This document shows, piece after piece, positions 1 through 13,979 of a stretch of 64,000 nucleotides of DNA. Location of the stretch: the NCBI GenBank assembly GCA_051294905.1, contig CM119386.1, positions 2,046,001-2,110,000 on the forward strand, read 5' to 3'. How positions within the stretch are numbered: the first letter of the stretch is position 1; each line of letters begins with the position of its first letter. Both the position numbers and the translations under genes were made by a program. Source of the stretch: Botryllus schlosseri. Taxonomy: Eukaryota. The notes below the pieces were generated by a model. The model searched no databases. It was given only the letters and a program-made list of their open reading frames with translations, and was not told the origin of the DNA.

Positions 1-887
1 CTAATATCCCCCAACATAATCTTGCGATACCCCAACCTTGATCCTAAGCCACTTGAAACCCTAATATCCGACTCCCCCAACTCCAAAAACAATATATTTT
101 GAAGTGTTAATAGGAAACATATAATCATATCTGAGAACACTGGCTTGTTATGGGGCGTTACACAAGAAAACACCCATCGCTATCGTTTGTGTGCTTCGAA
201 ATTCCGCGATTCACTTCGTCTTGATACAGAATAACTCGAACATAAAGAGCGTCATTTTGTGCTTAGTCTGGAGGATCACTTCGGCGCTATAATTTACAAT
301 TTTCTAGAAAGCTATAATTCCTGATAATTTGGGTTGCTCTTGATCAATATTGTCACTTTAACAATTGACCACTTTGTCAGTCTAATGTTCGTTGTCTGCC
401 ATCTAAATGTAATCTGTCCGATCTCTGTCAAACATTATTTAATCAACACTCGTGGTAAAAATAATTTTTTCTGTCCCAGTTCCAGATCCGTCGAAGAATT
501 GTGAGTAATATCTGCTGTTGCATCTTACATTTGTGCTGCAATATCATGTAGTTATTTTCTCGCTATTATTGATCCACAATTATCCCGTTTTGTGTTAACT
601 GTTCCAATTTGAGTATGTTCAAATGTGATTTGACCAATCTTCGTGGAGTGAACGCAATTGAAATGGAGCATATTCTAAATCATAGTTGGCTATGATCAGG
701 GATGTCTGCCCTCATATTACACCTTTGCAGTGTGCCGTAGTTTGTCAATCACGCCATGCACTATAATTAATGAAAATCGTCTTTATACATACCTTACCAG
801 TGATAAATTTCACCTTTGTAGTATAGCTGTTTTCATTGGATTGAATTCTGTTTTCGCAAAGCGTCTTCAATATGATTTGTGGTACAG

Positions 888-3800
888 TGAACTACAAGGC
901 TCACCGAGAGTACAACGGGAATCCACCGCCTCCGTTTCCGAATGCAAATATCATCACGTTTCAAATCGGCCAGCCGATTGAAGTCACCAATCAAGTTTCA
1001 CCGGACTGGTGGCAAGTGAGAGCTTTTTAGATCATTTTCAGGGATAATAATAATTAATCAGAACCAGGGAATCGCTGTGTGTATGTGTTGAATGTATTCC
1101 AACGTGTATAGAATATATATTTCTATATACAATTGAATAGTATATTCATATTGAAATGAACTCGAATATTTTCGGCTGACACTCGCCAAAGGTAATCGTC
1201 AGCAACTAGTACAGACTTAGCTGTCAGCCGAAAATATTCGGGTTCATTTCAATATGAATCTACTATTACATTCTATATTGAAGCTCTGTACCTCCAAGAA
1301 GCTCTTCGTATATTTCTATCCATAGTAATGAAGTTTGATTCATTTCGTGGCAATGCTAAAATGATTTATTTTGCAAGGCCACGCGTTGTTAATGGTCTGC
1401 TGATAGAAATATTACTAATGCGTAGGGAATATAGGGTTAATAACATAACCTCAAAAGTAACAAAATAGACAACTCTATCCAATGAATCTCATATCAAATT
1501 TTACTTCTTGCGTAAACAGCTTGTAACATGAATAATATAGATGGCTGTTAATAATGAACTATGTTCAAAATTTATTTTAATTTTTTTCCAGGGAAGGTCA
1601 CTTGCAGATTATGAGAAGATTGGATTTTTCCCGGCTTCCCATGTCAGCCCGGTAAGAGAAAAAAAACGGTTTCGGTACGGTAACGTAAATAAACGATGGA
1701 TTGTGAATTATGAAATAATTGAGGTGTACGCTTTTGACTCATCGACAACATGAGAGTCTACGAATCGCGGTCGCGTAGTTTGAAGTTGACGATCAATCTT
1801 GTCAAGTTGAAAACAAGATCGAGAAATTTCATTGACGGCATCGGACAGTATGAAAGTAGCTGTGAAATAATCGTTTGAGAATTTGTACCTCGCGGATTCA
1901 CTTAGCTAGATCCTATGTAGTCGGCATAGAGATAATCCCGGGATGACGTTAGTAGAAGCGACTGAAGTATAGTGAAGTACTGTGTTTATCAATACTACAA
2001 ATTGTAAGAGTCGTTTATCTATACTACGAATTGTCAGAACCGAATGTCTCTGTAATTTAAACGATGACTAAGAAACGCGAATGTGTTCAGGTAATGTCAT
2101 CAGTAGGGAGAAGTAAAAATTGCTGCTGCTGAACGTTTTTTGGTATTCATGCCAAGCTACCTCGTACGGGCACACAGTTCCAACCAAAAATGTAGAAAAG
2201 CACTACAATTCTAATATTATGTGCAACAATGCATAATTTAAATACTCGTGGGCGAAATTTTGTCAAAATTAAGTTTCATAATGTCAAAAAATGTAAAAAT
2301 TTTCATTTATTAGTGTAAAAAAAATAACCTCCCTAGTCGTCAGAACGCAAAGGATGTTTTGTCTTTACATTGTTTTCACTTCACTGTGTAACCGTAGAAT
2401 ATTGGTCGCGGAGCGGAATTTAACCCCGGCTTGTATTTGTAACCAAGTCGCAAGGTTCCGGGCCACAAGTCAATTAGACTTTTATAGTTTTGACTCGAGT
2501 CAAGTCGAGTCATTTTCAATTTACTACAGAGTCAAGTCCGAATCGGGGAGGGACTGGTCGAGTTCAAGTCATAGTGTTTACTGTTCAGTATCTTTTTTCT
2601 CACTCTAGCTAGACATGTTCATTCAAACAGATAAAAGTCAGTTTCTAGACCTATTTTTCAATTATCATTCCTGATATACGAGACTTCAATTAGTGATATA
2701 GAATGTGTCTAGTCATTTGACCGAGTCCAAAGAAGTAGAAGTGTACTGCGTTACTGACTGACTCTGGTTTTTATGCCGTTTTGACCCCGGAATACTACAT
2801 ACGATATGAACCCAGTTTAAAATTTCGCAACCGCCGCGTGGTCATACGAAAACTGCCGCCATTGTTCAGCATTCGAAAAGAGAGCCCCGAAAGAGTTACA
2901 TGGATGCCGTGATAAGGCCAGGGCCAGCTTCTCCGTGCCGGCCCACTGTACAAAACGAACCGGCTCACGAGACGCGCCTTGAGGACGCGCACTGGTACGA
3001 ATGTGACGTGGCCCGTTCAATGCATGCCCGTGTGTGTGGCACCGTTTTCTGTTGAATGGATCTTGATTGATGTGTCCTGTGTTCTTGCGTATAATTGTTC
3101 ATAATAATCAGTGTTTTTCTTTTATTTTTCTTTTCGTATCGCAGCACCGCATTGGCAGACCCGAACGGGACGACCCAACCAATAGGCCAAAGCCATGTCT
3201 GTCGAGCCACGAGCAATTAAAGAATTATTATTGGTATATAACGATACTCTGTGAATTCATTTTTAATCCAGTGGCGCTCAACCTTCGCTTGTGTACCGGT
3301 GAAGTTTTAGAAAGCAGAATTTAGCCCACAAATCTCGAAAGCAAATACTGTAACTTTGATTTGATGAGAAAATTGAGACTGCACCGTCATTCGTCATACA
3401 CAATTCGTTTGAAGTTTAGGCGCTTCTTCGATATACCCCTTCGATATAAAATTTATAAACGGAAAAATGTATTCTTTTTTTTTCATGTTGGGTACGGAAT
3501 ATTAGGGTTGTAGGTGGGTTAGGGTTATGGTTGGGGTTGGGGAATCCCAATATTAGGGTTGTGGGTGAGAGATACTAGGGTTAGGGATGACAGATATTAA
3601 GGTTTTGTGAATTACGTATATCAGGGTTGGGCGTGAGGGATATTAGGGTTAGGGGAGATAAAATCCCCGAACTAACGTCTAAAACCCCCAACCCTAACGT
3701 CTGTCATCCTCCAACCATAATATCTCCAACTCCCAGCACTAATACCCCTCCCCTACAACCCTATCATCTCCCTCTCAAAACCCTAATATCTCTCCCCCGC

Positions 3801-6800
3801 AACCCTAATATCTCCCACTCACAACCCTAATATCCCTCCCACTAAACCCTAACATCTTCCACCTACAACCCCAATAGTGGGATACCCTAACCCACTTCCA
3901 ACCCTAATATCCAGCACCCACGACTTCAATCCCAGCATGAAAAAGAATAAATTTTTCCGTTCATAAATATTGATCTCGGGGGGGGGGGGATAGGGGAGAT
4001 AAAATCCCCGAACTAACGTCTAAAACCCCCAACCCTAACATCCGTCATCCTCCAACCATAATATCTCCAACTCCCAGCACTAATACCCCTCCCCTACAAC
4101 CCTATCATCTCCCTCTCAAAACCCTAATATCTCTCCCCCGCAACCCTAATATCTCCCACTCGCAACCCTAATATCCCTCCCACTAAACCCTAACATCTTC
4201 CACCTACAACCCCAATAGTGGGATACCCTAACCCACTTCCAACCCTAATATCCAGCACCCACGACTTCAATCCCAGCATGAAAAAGAATAAATTTTTCCG
4301 TTCATAAATATTGATCTCGGGGGGGGGGGGGTATATCGAAGAAGCGCTGAAGTTTCTGGTAATGCAACTAACTCGATTTTGATCGTTTTATTTCTTTTAA
4401 AAGGACTTTGTCATTTTCTAGCCTCTATTTTAGTGTGAAATTAGCCAAAATGGTGCTGTCGAATTTAAGAGATTTTGTACAATAGTAATATATTTGGTGG
4501 GTGGGCTGCAAAGCTGACACATTCTGGCGGTTGAGAACCACTGGTGTTGTCATATTTAATCTGACGTAGCATTAGTTCATGTTTGATATTTTGTGCAGTG
4601 TTGAACTTGGTACAATATGCGTTGCATTGTCTTAAGCTGTGGTAAAATAATAGGGTTAACCGTTATTTTGAGTAGATGCTGGTGTGTGATAGCTCCCGTT
4701 GTGTTATGACGGTATACCCAACGTTCTTGTAAATGACTCAAGTTTTGAAAATACTGTCATATATAATGAACCTTGTTGCCGAATTTAGCTGTTCCCTGTT
4801 CGGTTTCCGTGAACTACAGAAGTACTTTGATTTTTCTGTTGCATGCTGTGGTCGGTTGTTGGTTATAAGTTTAATGTAATAATATAAAATTCCTGCACTG
4901 TGCTATTCTGATATTATATATTGGCCTCGTCGTCATAATGCCACTTCATAAAATCGCTGTGTGATTGGTTTGTGCTCTGTAAATATAATGAATGTGGCAT
5001 GATGTAGTGAAGATTGTAAATTTGGCATGATTTAGTAGAAATTTATGTTCGGTTTGTCATTGTACCCAACGATCAATCCATTATGGTAAAGTTTATGTCA
5101 GTACTGATAGGGACATCCTCTGAATGAAATGTGGATTGTATGCATATTATTGTGAATGGGTATTAGGGAGTGTAAATCTCTCAGATAGCCAGACCTCTGA
5201 ACATGATCATATCATTATCAGGGAATCCATACTGTCAGTAGCTGCCCCATTCACTTTGTCTGTGTTATTAGTCTCACAAACGTTTTTGACATTCATGTCC
5301 ATATTGGCACCTTATTTGAGCTCTTTTTATGGCACCTTTAACAGTCTGTGATTGCATTGATATAAATGTGTTGGTCTGGCGTGTTTGGTGGGTAATAGTG
5401 ATTTTTATATTCGTAAACGTATTTTGCATGTGATTGGCATCATTTTCAAAGCTGTGATGGTGTTGTGTTTGGGAAAAAGGTTTGACCGGTTACGTTTTAT
5501 GGAGAGTATCTTCAATTCGGTAATTTGTTACAGCTTTGCTGGCTGCATTTCCGAATATGCACATTTGGCAACAAGCTTCACAATGCACATTCACAATAGG
5601 CTATAATTCGGGTAATTTAAAGATTTGTAGTTTGGCCACTATGTATTTGTGTGATATTCATATCACAACTAGTAAATGATTCTCATAAATGAAGACTTGT
5701 AATGTGAAATCCCTCATCTTAACGTATGCTGTACAGTTGCTAACATGCCGAAAATATGGCCTATGTCGCTTTGCTCATATTTACTGTGAACGCGCAGGTA
5801 TGCTGGTGAAATTGTCCGGGGAGAGGCTGAGAAAACGCTCAAGGACAGGCCCACTGGAACATTCCTTGTTCGTAACAAGCCCCCTTTAAACCTCGTCTTA
5901 AGTCTCACGTAAGATATTTCTTTACTTGGTATACAATGTTTTAATGTGTTATGAGAGTACTCTCTGGTGTTGGTTACTTGATAGTTGATTTGTTTTGAGA
6001 TGATGTTTGGGAATTGGTCTAGGGGAGTGCTGTTCAACCAGTGTGTACTAAAATATGCATAAGGTGCACCAGTGCGAAAAAGTATATACTAGTCACACAT
6101 CACACAGGCTGAACTCCATTTAGACTGTTCCCTGCCTAAACTATGATAACAAATGACTAGACAAGGTAGTCACAGACCTACTCACGACATAATTCTCAAA
6201 TAATGATATGTTTTTTTCTAGTTTCTTGATAACATCCTGCCCTTTCACGAACCCCCTAAAACTATTTCGCGGACCCAAGCTTGAGAACCCCGCAATATAC
6301 GCTAATGAACTCTGATACGCAAAGTTTTTCTGTAGATGCAAAATAATTCGTTTGTTGGCAGGTATCAAAGCGACGTGAAGCACATCAAAATTCTGCAGAC
6401 CGACGACAGTTTGTTTTACGTAGCAGAGTGCAAGCATTTCCGATCCGTCCAAGTATGTTGTCACCTGTTTTAGTTGTGTCGAGTGCCTTATAGATGTCGC
6501 TTTGGTTCTAAGGAATTGATCAGATTTTATGAGAAAAATTCTCTCTCCGGCTTTTTCCTGGGGTTGGAAACTACTCTCAAATACGCGTATCGAAATCCGG
6601 AAATGTTTCCAGATCGTAACGGTATCAGGACAGGTGAGGATTCTAACCATGAATTTTCTTGGGCATACCGTGCAATGGACGCTCATTTGATTTGATTCTT
6701 TTAAAGTGAGTTCTGTGTGTGAAATCTAATGTATTAGGATCGGGTTTAGATCGATGTATACAAAAATGGAGCAAACACCATTAACCGACAGTCAACGGAA

Positions 6801-9800
6801 TCTTACAGCAGTTGAGTTTGAGGTCAGAAGTAGATGATGCTAGTCCGATCTCTTGAAGCCAATTCCTATTATCATCTATTGGACTATGCCGTTAATCGTT
6901 ATCTAGTAGATGTTCTGTCACTGTGATTTGTATCAGAAAACATATTCTGCATTTAGAACGACAGTTTACTTATATAAATCCAATATCCCATGAATCATTT
7001 CACCTACAAAATTCTCAATAAAGTATCATTGAAAGATTTCCACTATGGTATTTTTCAACATCTTCCCAAGTTGTAGTTGTTTGCTGATATATTTTCTGTA
7101 TATCATCACGACTGTACTGTGCATATTCTCTCGGTCCAATGCAGACCTGGTCATGTGCACGATCACATCGCTGTTGGCAAGCCTTTGTTGTGATTGAGGC
7201 AATGGAGTTTAAGATTTATCGTGTGGCTGTCATTTCCAAGAGTGATGACTAGGGCGATTTTTTTTTGACATGTCAAAAAAAGTCAAAATAAGGTCAAAAT
7301 TTTAGCGTTAGGTCAAAAAATGTCAAAATTGACAAAATTTTTCTCAACCTGGATTTTATTTGTATCGTAGATTTTGCGCAATCGGTGAACTTATCGTTTG
7401 ACATTTTACAGTTTGTAGCCTACTTTATAGGCCTACCGTGGCCGATGGCGCATTGTCTGCTCATTGTGAATCAAAAACAGTCATATGAGGCAAATAGGTT
7501 GACACGATGCTCAACGTACCGCAATATTCTAAGTGAAGCAAGACTGCATGGGCATTGCATGGTTCTTACAAAAATTGAGATGTAAACCATTGTCAGAATG
7601 AAGCAACACGGTGTGTCACCAGCAGTGTACGCACGCACAACTTCAGTGTTGCCAGCCAATAGCTGCTACAGCTGAACGTTCTTTCTCCATTCTTCTTGCT
7701 GTTGTTGTTTGTATATTGATGGTGTTTGTCGACTACAATGGTCATTTACACGAGGCCGATATTCCTTATTTTCGATTCCGTATCTGCCGACTGGTAGCAC
7801 GGCCCACTTCTATGCTTTTTGTAAGACACCGCTTACGCGGATGTGATGGCGAGGAGGAACCTATAGATAAACCCTCAACACTTAGGTAGGAATTCTGGAG
7901 TCGACCTCGGTCGGACTAGAACCTAAAACCCATTGGTGTTGTAGCTGTGGATTATCCCACTACGCTATCTCGCCACATCTTCATCCTTGGCAAGCTACTT
8001 AGTAAAGCCAGACACTTTTTACCCGAGAATCAGGGATATCTAGAACTAGATATCTAGATATCTAGGTGTGTGTATCTAGAAGTAGATATCTAGATATCCC
8101 GAGAATGCAGGAAAGTATCTTTCGTTGTACTACAACAAATTTTTAATTATTTCCACCATAGTACAATCATGTACTGGAATTCATCATAGGGCCAAATTTA
8201 GTTAAAATAATATTTCGTCATGTAACAATTTGTCAGTTTTTGAGTCAAACAAGTTTTTCAGGGAAACTACTTCGTAAGGACAGACAATTCAAACCAGAAA
8301 TGTAGTAGAAGTAGTAAAATTGTAACATTTTTTGGGAAAACACCTAATTTGCATACGTTAGGTCAAAATTTGGTCAAAATTTAGTTTTTTAAGGTAAAAA
8401 AATGTCAAAATTTAGATTTTTTAGGTCAAAATCTTCCGTTTTTTAGGTCAAAAAAAAAATCGCCCTAGTGATGACACATTCCATGTAGCTCATTTTCAAA
8501 TACTGCTTCATGCCGCTACGGTTTGCTTTGAAAATAATCGCTTTGAACGCACATTCTGCTAACCCTTGTGACTGTTTGAATTTCGCTAGTTTATAATGCA
8601 ATAAGCACTTTCTTCAACCACCGTGAAATTAACTCTTATTAATATGCATTGAGATATGTTTCCGCATTTCACAAAAGCTCTGTAGTCTACGAATGTAAGA
8701 GGCGCTCCGATGAGGGATTACGTGGAAAGTTAGTTTGGACAACAGAAAAAGTTTTTGTATCATCTACAAATAGTAGATCGAGTCTAAGCCATCTGTTTGC
8801 CCTGATTTATTGGATTTTGATTTGTGTGATGTCGTATTTCTTGATACGATGGTTAATTTTAGGTCTCTAGCTCCTGACGATTGTTCCTGATATGAGTGTC
8901 AGCCTAAAAATATATTTGGGATCATTTCAAATGTTCATGCATGTATCATTCAAGAGCTTTTTTAGGTACATAACTTAATATACAGATAAATAGGATATTC
9001 ATATTGAAATGAACCCGAATGTTTTCGGCTGACACTCGTCAGGGGTAATCGCCAGCAATATATCATTCAACATTCATTCTAATATTGTATTGATTGTAAA
9101 TAGTTATGCATAATTAATAATATATAATTAACACCCAATGCTTTCCAAGATGGCACTCTTTGAGGGCAATCATCAGCAGGAATTTTAAAAACTTGAGTGC
9201 AACTGCATTGCATACATCCAGTTATCACGCCAAAACAAACGCAACATCAACTCTGAGAATATAAAAATGAATATGTGCTGCATCCATTGGGTTTGAAAGT
9301 TATTTGTGTTCTTGTTGGTGCACTGAGGCCAATTTCAATGTAGCTTCATATGGTGAAGTCCGATCAACCCAAATGTCTGTATCATATACACATAATTCCA
9401 GGGTCTTTGTTATTTGTAATGCGTACTTACGATTTAAATGCAGCTCCATCAACACGACGACCTATTGATACTCTTACCGACGAATTTTCGCGGGCTCAGC
9501 TCAATGACGGCGGTGAGGCGACAAAACTATTATATTGGTTTATGAGTAGGGCTGAACACAACGATTTGATTGGTCGAATCCGAGTTGAGTATCATTTGCG
9601 ATGACTTTTTTGAGTAACTAATATACTTTTCACATTAAGAGTTGTTTCATTGACGTGATATATAGAGTTGATGCTTTCCTCACACTTTGTGAGTCTCCTA
9701 ACATCGATGGCCGTGTCACAGTGTCCGAATCGCATGGTTGTAACCGAGTCACAAGGTTCCAAGTCACAATTCAATCTCAGTTTTCTAGTTTTGACTCGAG

Positions 9801-11810
9801 TCAAGTCGAGTCATTTTCGATTCGCCACCGAGTCAAGTCATAGTCAGCGAGTAGAGGGTCGAGTCCAAGTCTACTTTTTTCGACTCTGCTCGAGTGATAT
9901 AGAATGGCTCGCATTCATAATATCGTAATTTTCCTCATTCCTTAGAGTTTCTGGCCCTGTTTTCCAAGTATTAGGACTGATAGACGAACTCGCAATAATG
10001 TGGTCACTTCACTATTCTTCGAAGTGACAAAGAAATGCCTGTCTTGGCGTCCTAGTCTCGAGTCATGCACGATGACTCTAGTACAAGTCGAGTCAATAAA
10101 CAAAGTGACCCGAGTTGAGTCATTTTACGCGTTTGCGTTTGAAAAAAAGACTGGATGGTGCGTAACCGCCATTTTTTTCCTTGCGCCCGCTAAAAGATAC
10201 ATTTATGACGTCATATAGCTTTGATACTCGACTCGGAATTCGATCACTTTTGTTACTCAATTTTGCCAAGCTCTAGTTTTGAGCAAAGAGAGTAATTTGA
10301 AAAGGCTTTGCGCCCACTATCGTCTGCACGAAAAATTCGAATCGAATTTTAATAGACTACAAAATCAGGTCCTCGGTCGAAGTGTATAATTCCAGCGTTA
10401 TTGATTAGTGCCCGCATGCTTGAAGTGGGAGATCCATGATTCTCCCATGTGATTGATTGGGTTGTGAGTGTTCGATTCAACACCTGGTAGTTAAATTATC
10501 GCGGTTAACGTATATTATCTTCTCGTAACTTGCACTACATTTCCTTACAAGCCGAACGTCACTACTATCTTACCGAGTGGTATAGAAATTGCGTCAGTGC
10601 TACGCTAAAATTGCGCGGTGGGATGGCAAATAGAACCTCGTCCAATCGAAGCTTCGCAACGATTACTCGGTAAAACGAGATCAGACCTTATTCCGGTCTT
10701 GAGCAAACGCGAGGCCGCATGCATTAGTTTTCTGTCTGTCGTATCATTGATTGTTTCGTGTGATTCTGCGCTGGAATCTCCTGCTTTCTATTAACCGATA
10801 GCGATCACTTGCTTGCATGCATGCTTTGTGTTCCTTTTTTTTTTTGCGTAATTCGAAAGGCCATTATGTTACGCTTGATTTCTATCACGCTTGCTATTAC
10901 CGTACTGCATCCGTCCTTGTCGAGAGCTACTTGCGACTTTTCCATCGGCATTATCCATTATTTGTAATGCAGATAACATTTGATGACTGCTTCGTTAATC
11001 TCACATTGCGCAACTATGAAATTGCGTGCTTTCACGTCTACTTGGGCGTCATCAGATATCGTTAACGTAGTCATTGATTCTACTCGTGTAGAAGTAATTG
11101 AGGAGTCGCTTGGAGATACAGACCCTCAATGCACAATTGAATAATACATTCATATTGACTGACATAGCCGAAAATATTCAACTACATTTTTATATGGCTA
11201 TGGTATTAATTTGTACACGAAGAGACTGCTTAAGGTACAGAACTTCGGCATGCAATTGTACGGATGTATTGATTAATTACATTTACCTGCGAAGTACCCA
11301 CTTCCCGCACCTGACAATGTACCAGCGACATCGCATTCTTCCGATGATCTCTGCGATAAAATACGAGTACTAGTTGCTCCGCTGTGTTCAGTGTCCTTTG
11401 ACGGCAAAGTGTTCCCTGTGATCGGCAAGGCCATCGCGAAATACGATTTCGACGCCAGGAGCGAACAGGAGCTGAGTCTTGTCGCGGGTCAGTTTGTCAA
11501 CATCATAAGCAAAGCGGGTGGAGATCACGGATGGTGGAAAGGCGAATATGACAGAAAGGTAAGCGTCGGATGTCGTCTATGAGAGGGAGTCTTGCCAAGA
11601 CAAATATGGAGTTTGGAGACAGGAATTTGGAACACGTATGATCGCGGGGCACGAATGGTTGTTAAAAATAACATTTTATTATTAAGCATAGCATTGTTCT
11701 TGTGGACAGATTAACAATATGTGTGGTACCGACGAGGCCGTCAAACCCTAATAACAACCTTTCCACAGATCGGCTATTTTCCAATAAGTTTCGTGGACGA
11801 GCAGTATTGA
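888..11810 (+). CDS. VAV: Vav family GEF, 3' part (N-SH3, SH2, C-SH3); 5' exons lie upstream of the window
   Basis: Phase-consistent GT-AG exons: 888-1015 (YKAHREYNGNPPPP...EVTNQVSPDWWQ), 1592-1651 (GRSLADYEKIGFFPASHVSP), 2816-2994 (linker ending EDAHW), 5798-5908 (YAGEIVRGEAEKTLKDRPTGTFLVR), 6362-6452 (YQSDVKHIKIL), 6513-6633 (ELIRFYEKNSLSGFFLGLETTLKYAYR), 11392-11558 (KAIAKYDFDARSEQELSL...GWWKGE), 11769-11810 (IGYFPISFVDEQY*). A C-terminal SH3-SH2-SH3 with a PPPP-containing atypical N-SH3 is the Vav signature. Confidence 0.92.
3420..4347. repeat. Foldback-type repeat with TTAGGG/CCCTAA-rich arms and an internal 341-bp tandem duplication
   Basis: GCGCTTCTTCGATATACCCC at 3420 is inverted at 4328-4347. 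G-rich TTAGGG variants at 3500-3655, C-rich AACCCTAA variants at 3680-4260; 3651-3991 is repeated at 3992-4331. A related fragment lies at 1-90. Confidence 0.85.
4545..5640 (-). mobile_element. Degenerate LINE ORF2 (endonuclease region) remnant
   Basis: Minus-strand YYPPNTP (5371-5400) resembles the APE YRPP motif; many stops, so only suggestive. Confidence 0.3.
7250..8467. mobile_element. hAT-type non-autonomous element (1218 bp) with nested insertions
   Basis: TIR TAGGGCGATTTTTTTTTGAC; perfect 8-bp TSD GTGATGAC at 7242-7249 and 8468-8475; subterminal GTCAAAA repeats. A partial inverted relative lies at ~15160-15600. Confidence 0.9.
7697..7974 (-). mobile_element. tRNA-derived SINE
   Basis: Reverse complement starts GTGGCGAGATAGCGTAGTGG (A box), then GGTTCTAGTCC (B-box-like), and ends in an (AAC)n tail. 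Collinear with the copy at 17292. Confidence 0.8.
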
Positions 11811-13119
11811 CGGCCGTCCGTCGCCCTGTATCACCGACGAAATCGCCCTCAATGCCGGTCTTGTCTGCCGCCTTCTTCATATCCAAGTGTACCGCGATCG
11901 TACCGGGAGAAAACGCAATTCGCATCACTCACGCAACTCTGCATCAAGTTCATAACATCATGTCAACAAGATATCTTGTTCGCGCTACACTATCCTGCCG
12001 TGACCTCGCGCCACGGCGTTTGTATCAGCCGCTCGTAATCATCCGTGTGTGATATTTAATTTTTTACCGCCTAGAATATTTTATCGTTTTTCCGTGTGAA
12101 ATATTTCATCATTGTAGAACGCTCACGCGGTCGGTCTACGCAGGGTTACTGTGAGCCTCGGTTGGTTTGATCCCGATGGACGCGTGTATCTGGCGATCCT
12201 TACAAGATTACGAGTGTGGCAATGCCCTTTCCTTGCTATATTGAAATGAAATATTCAATAGCGTGACTATTCTTGCGCCGGCGGTTTTATTTTCAGCATA
12301 TTCTACCCTACGACCGTCCGTGCATTGCCGGCGCGTTCAATTCTGTTGATCGGCAAAGCCGACGGCTCTCTGTATGTATCTTTTATGCACTTCAAGCCTC
12401 TGTGTATAATATTCTCTTTTTAATTTACGCCAGTAGCCATTGTTATCTCGATATTACGATGTCTCATCTCGCAGCATAAACGCATGTAATCTCAACCATT
12501 CCTCATCTGATTCGATGTCCGGTGTAACTTATGTTGCCGTATGCAGAGTATTGTTTTTAGAATGTCACGTTTTCGACAGCGGACTGTTCTGTCTAGCCGT
12601 CAATGCGTCGAATCTATAATATATCTGAACCGAAGGATCTTTGGAGTATTTTGACAAGACTGTGGTCATGGTATTGTGTGTACCGTGTTCAGGCCTGTCT
12701 CTCTGAATCGAGTGACGTTTTTCGAATGACTTGACTTGACTCGGGTTCGGCGTGTGAAAAATATGAAAAGTCACATTTCCATGCCCATTTGAAGCTATCG
12801 GTCGGCTTGGCAAATCATTCTGAACCACTCATACTAACGGAAAATTGACCATGTAACGATTACTGCTCAGTTATTTACTGGATTCATTCGACAGACCCTA
12901 TTACTGACATCACAATGGCAGTTACGGGCATTATGTCATCTCTACCTACACTACACTCACGAATAAATTATTCAATAAGTAGAGTCATGGCCATGGTGGA
13001 GTTCATGTAAAACTAGGTAGGGCTCCGTGCAGGTGAATATATAGGCCTATGTTGAGGCATGATTATTTTGGCATCGCCATGACTTCATGTTTGCACAGTC
13101 AAACACGCATTTACAATGA

Positions 13120-13272
13120 TAAACGCCTTACTTTGGCGTATACGTGGATTGTATGGCGAGGAGGAGCCTAGATAAAAAAACATCGAGCATTTGAATAGGA
13201 ATTCAGGAGTTGAAGTCGTAATCCCCAGCAGATGTGGAATGCACAACAGGAGTCAAACCCGGCTATTACCGG
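13120..13272 (-). mobile_element. Diverged SINE copy (partial)
   Basis: Shares ATGGCGAGGAGGAGCCTAGATAAA and adjacent sequence with the other SINE copies. Confidence 0.55.
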
Positions 13273-13979
13273 CTGGATCCGTATCTGTCCCTGGAGCTGT
13301 ATGTAGCCTCCTGCACTTCGGTTTGCCGTAAGCCAACAAATGCATCAATCACTCTCGACGCCACATGATTATGGAACCGTAACAATACGAAATCTGCATG
13401 ACACAATCTGGCACCGCACAGGCCGTTAATCCTCAATGTGTAAACATCATCACGCGAAGTTACCATAAAATGATGTGGGTTCTCGGGCTGTCGAGTCAAC
13501 TAAAACCTTTTATGTTATTTGCACAAAATCTCGCAGCACACAGGAACGAGCGCGGGGGCAATTTGTCCAGCCGACTCACGGAAATATCCTTTCATGAATG
13601 CTATTTACTGTTTAACCTGATGCTCCTAAACTGTACGTAAACTCATAGGGGAGCAAATATTAATCTATCGTAATAAGAATGTCGCTCGACTATTATACCG
13701 CATACTTCATCTATGCGCTGAGGTTATACAGCACTAAAACTGCCAGGATAGAACTTGGATTTAGGTGAAGCTATCCGAGATGTATAACATAGATCATGAT
13801 CTGCCATCGCAACGAAAATCAACTGTAGCCTGCATCGTTCCTACGAAAGTATACTAAACGGAATCTCGAGAAAATTAATGTTCATGCAATAACGCTATGT
13901 TGAAAACTGGTGGGAATGCAGAATATTTAGTTGATATTATGTCCTGACAGGTCGAGAATAGATTAATCTTTGCGTGAGA

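Noticed and set aside
100-830. Degenerate RTE-like RT on the minus strand
   Set aside because: Only faint motif echoes with many stops; too weak to list as a feature without an alignment.
11662-12052. ORFs of 116 aa and 88 aa after the Vav SH3 exon
   Set aside because: They overlap the true 42-nt terminal Vav exon and its 3' UTR in other frames.
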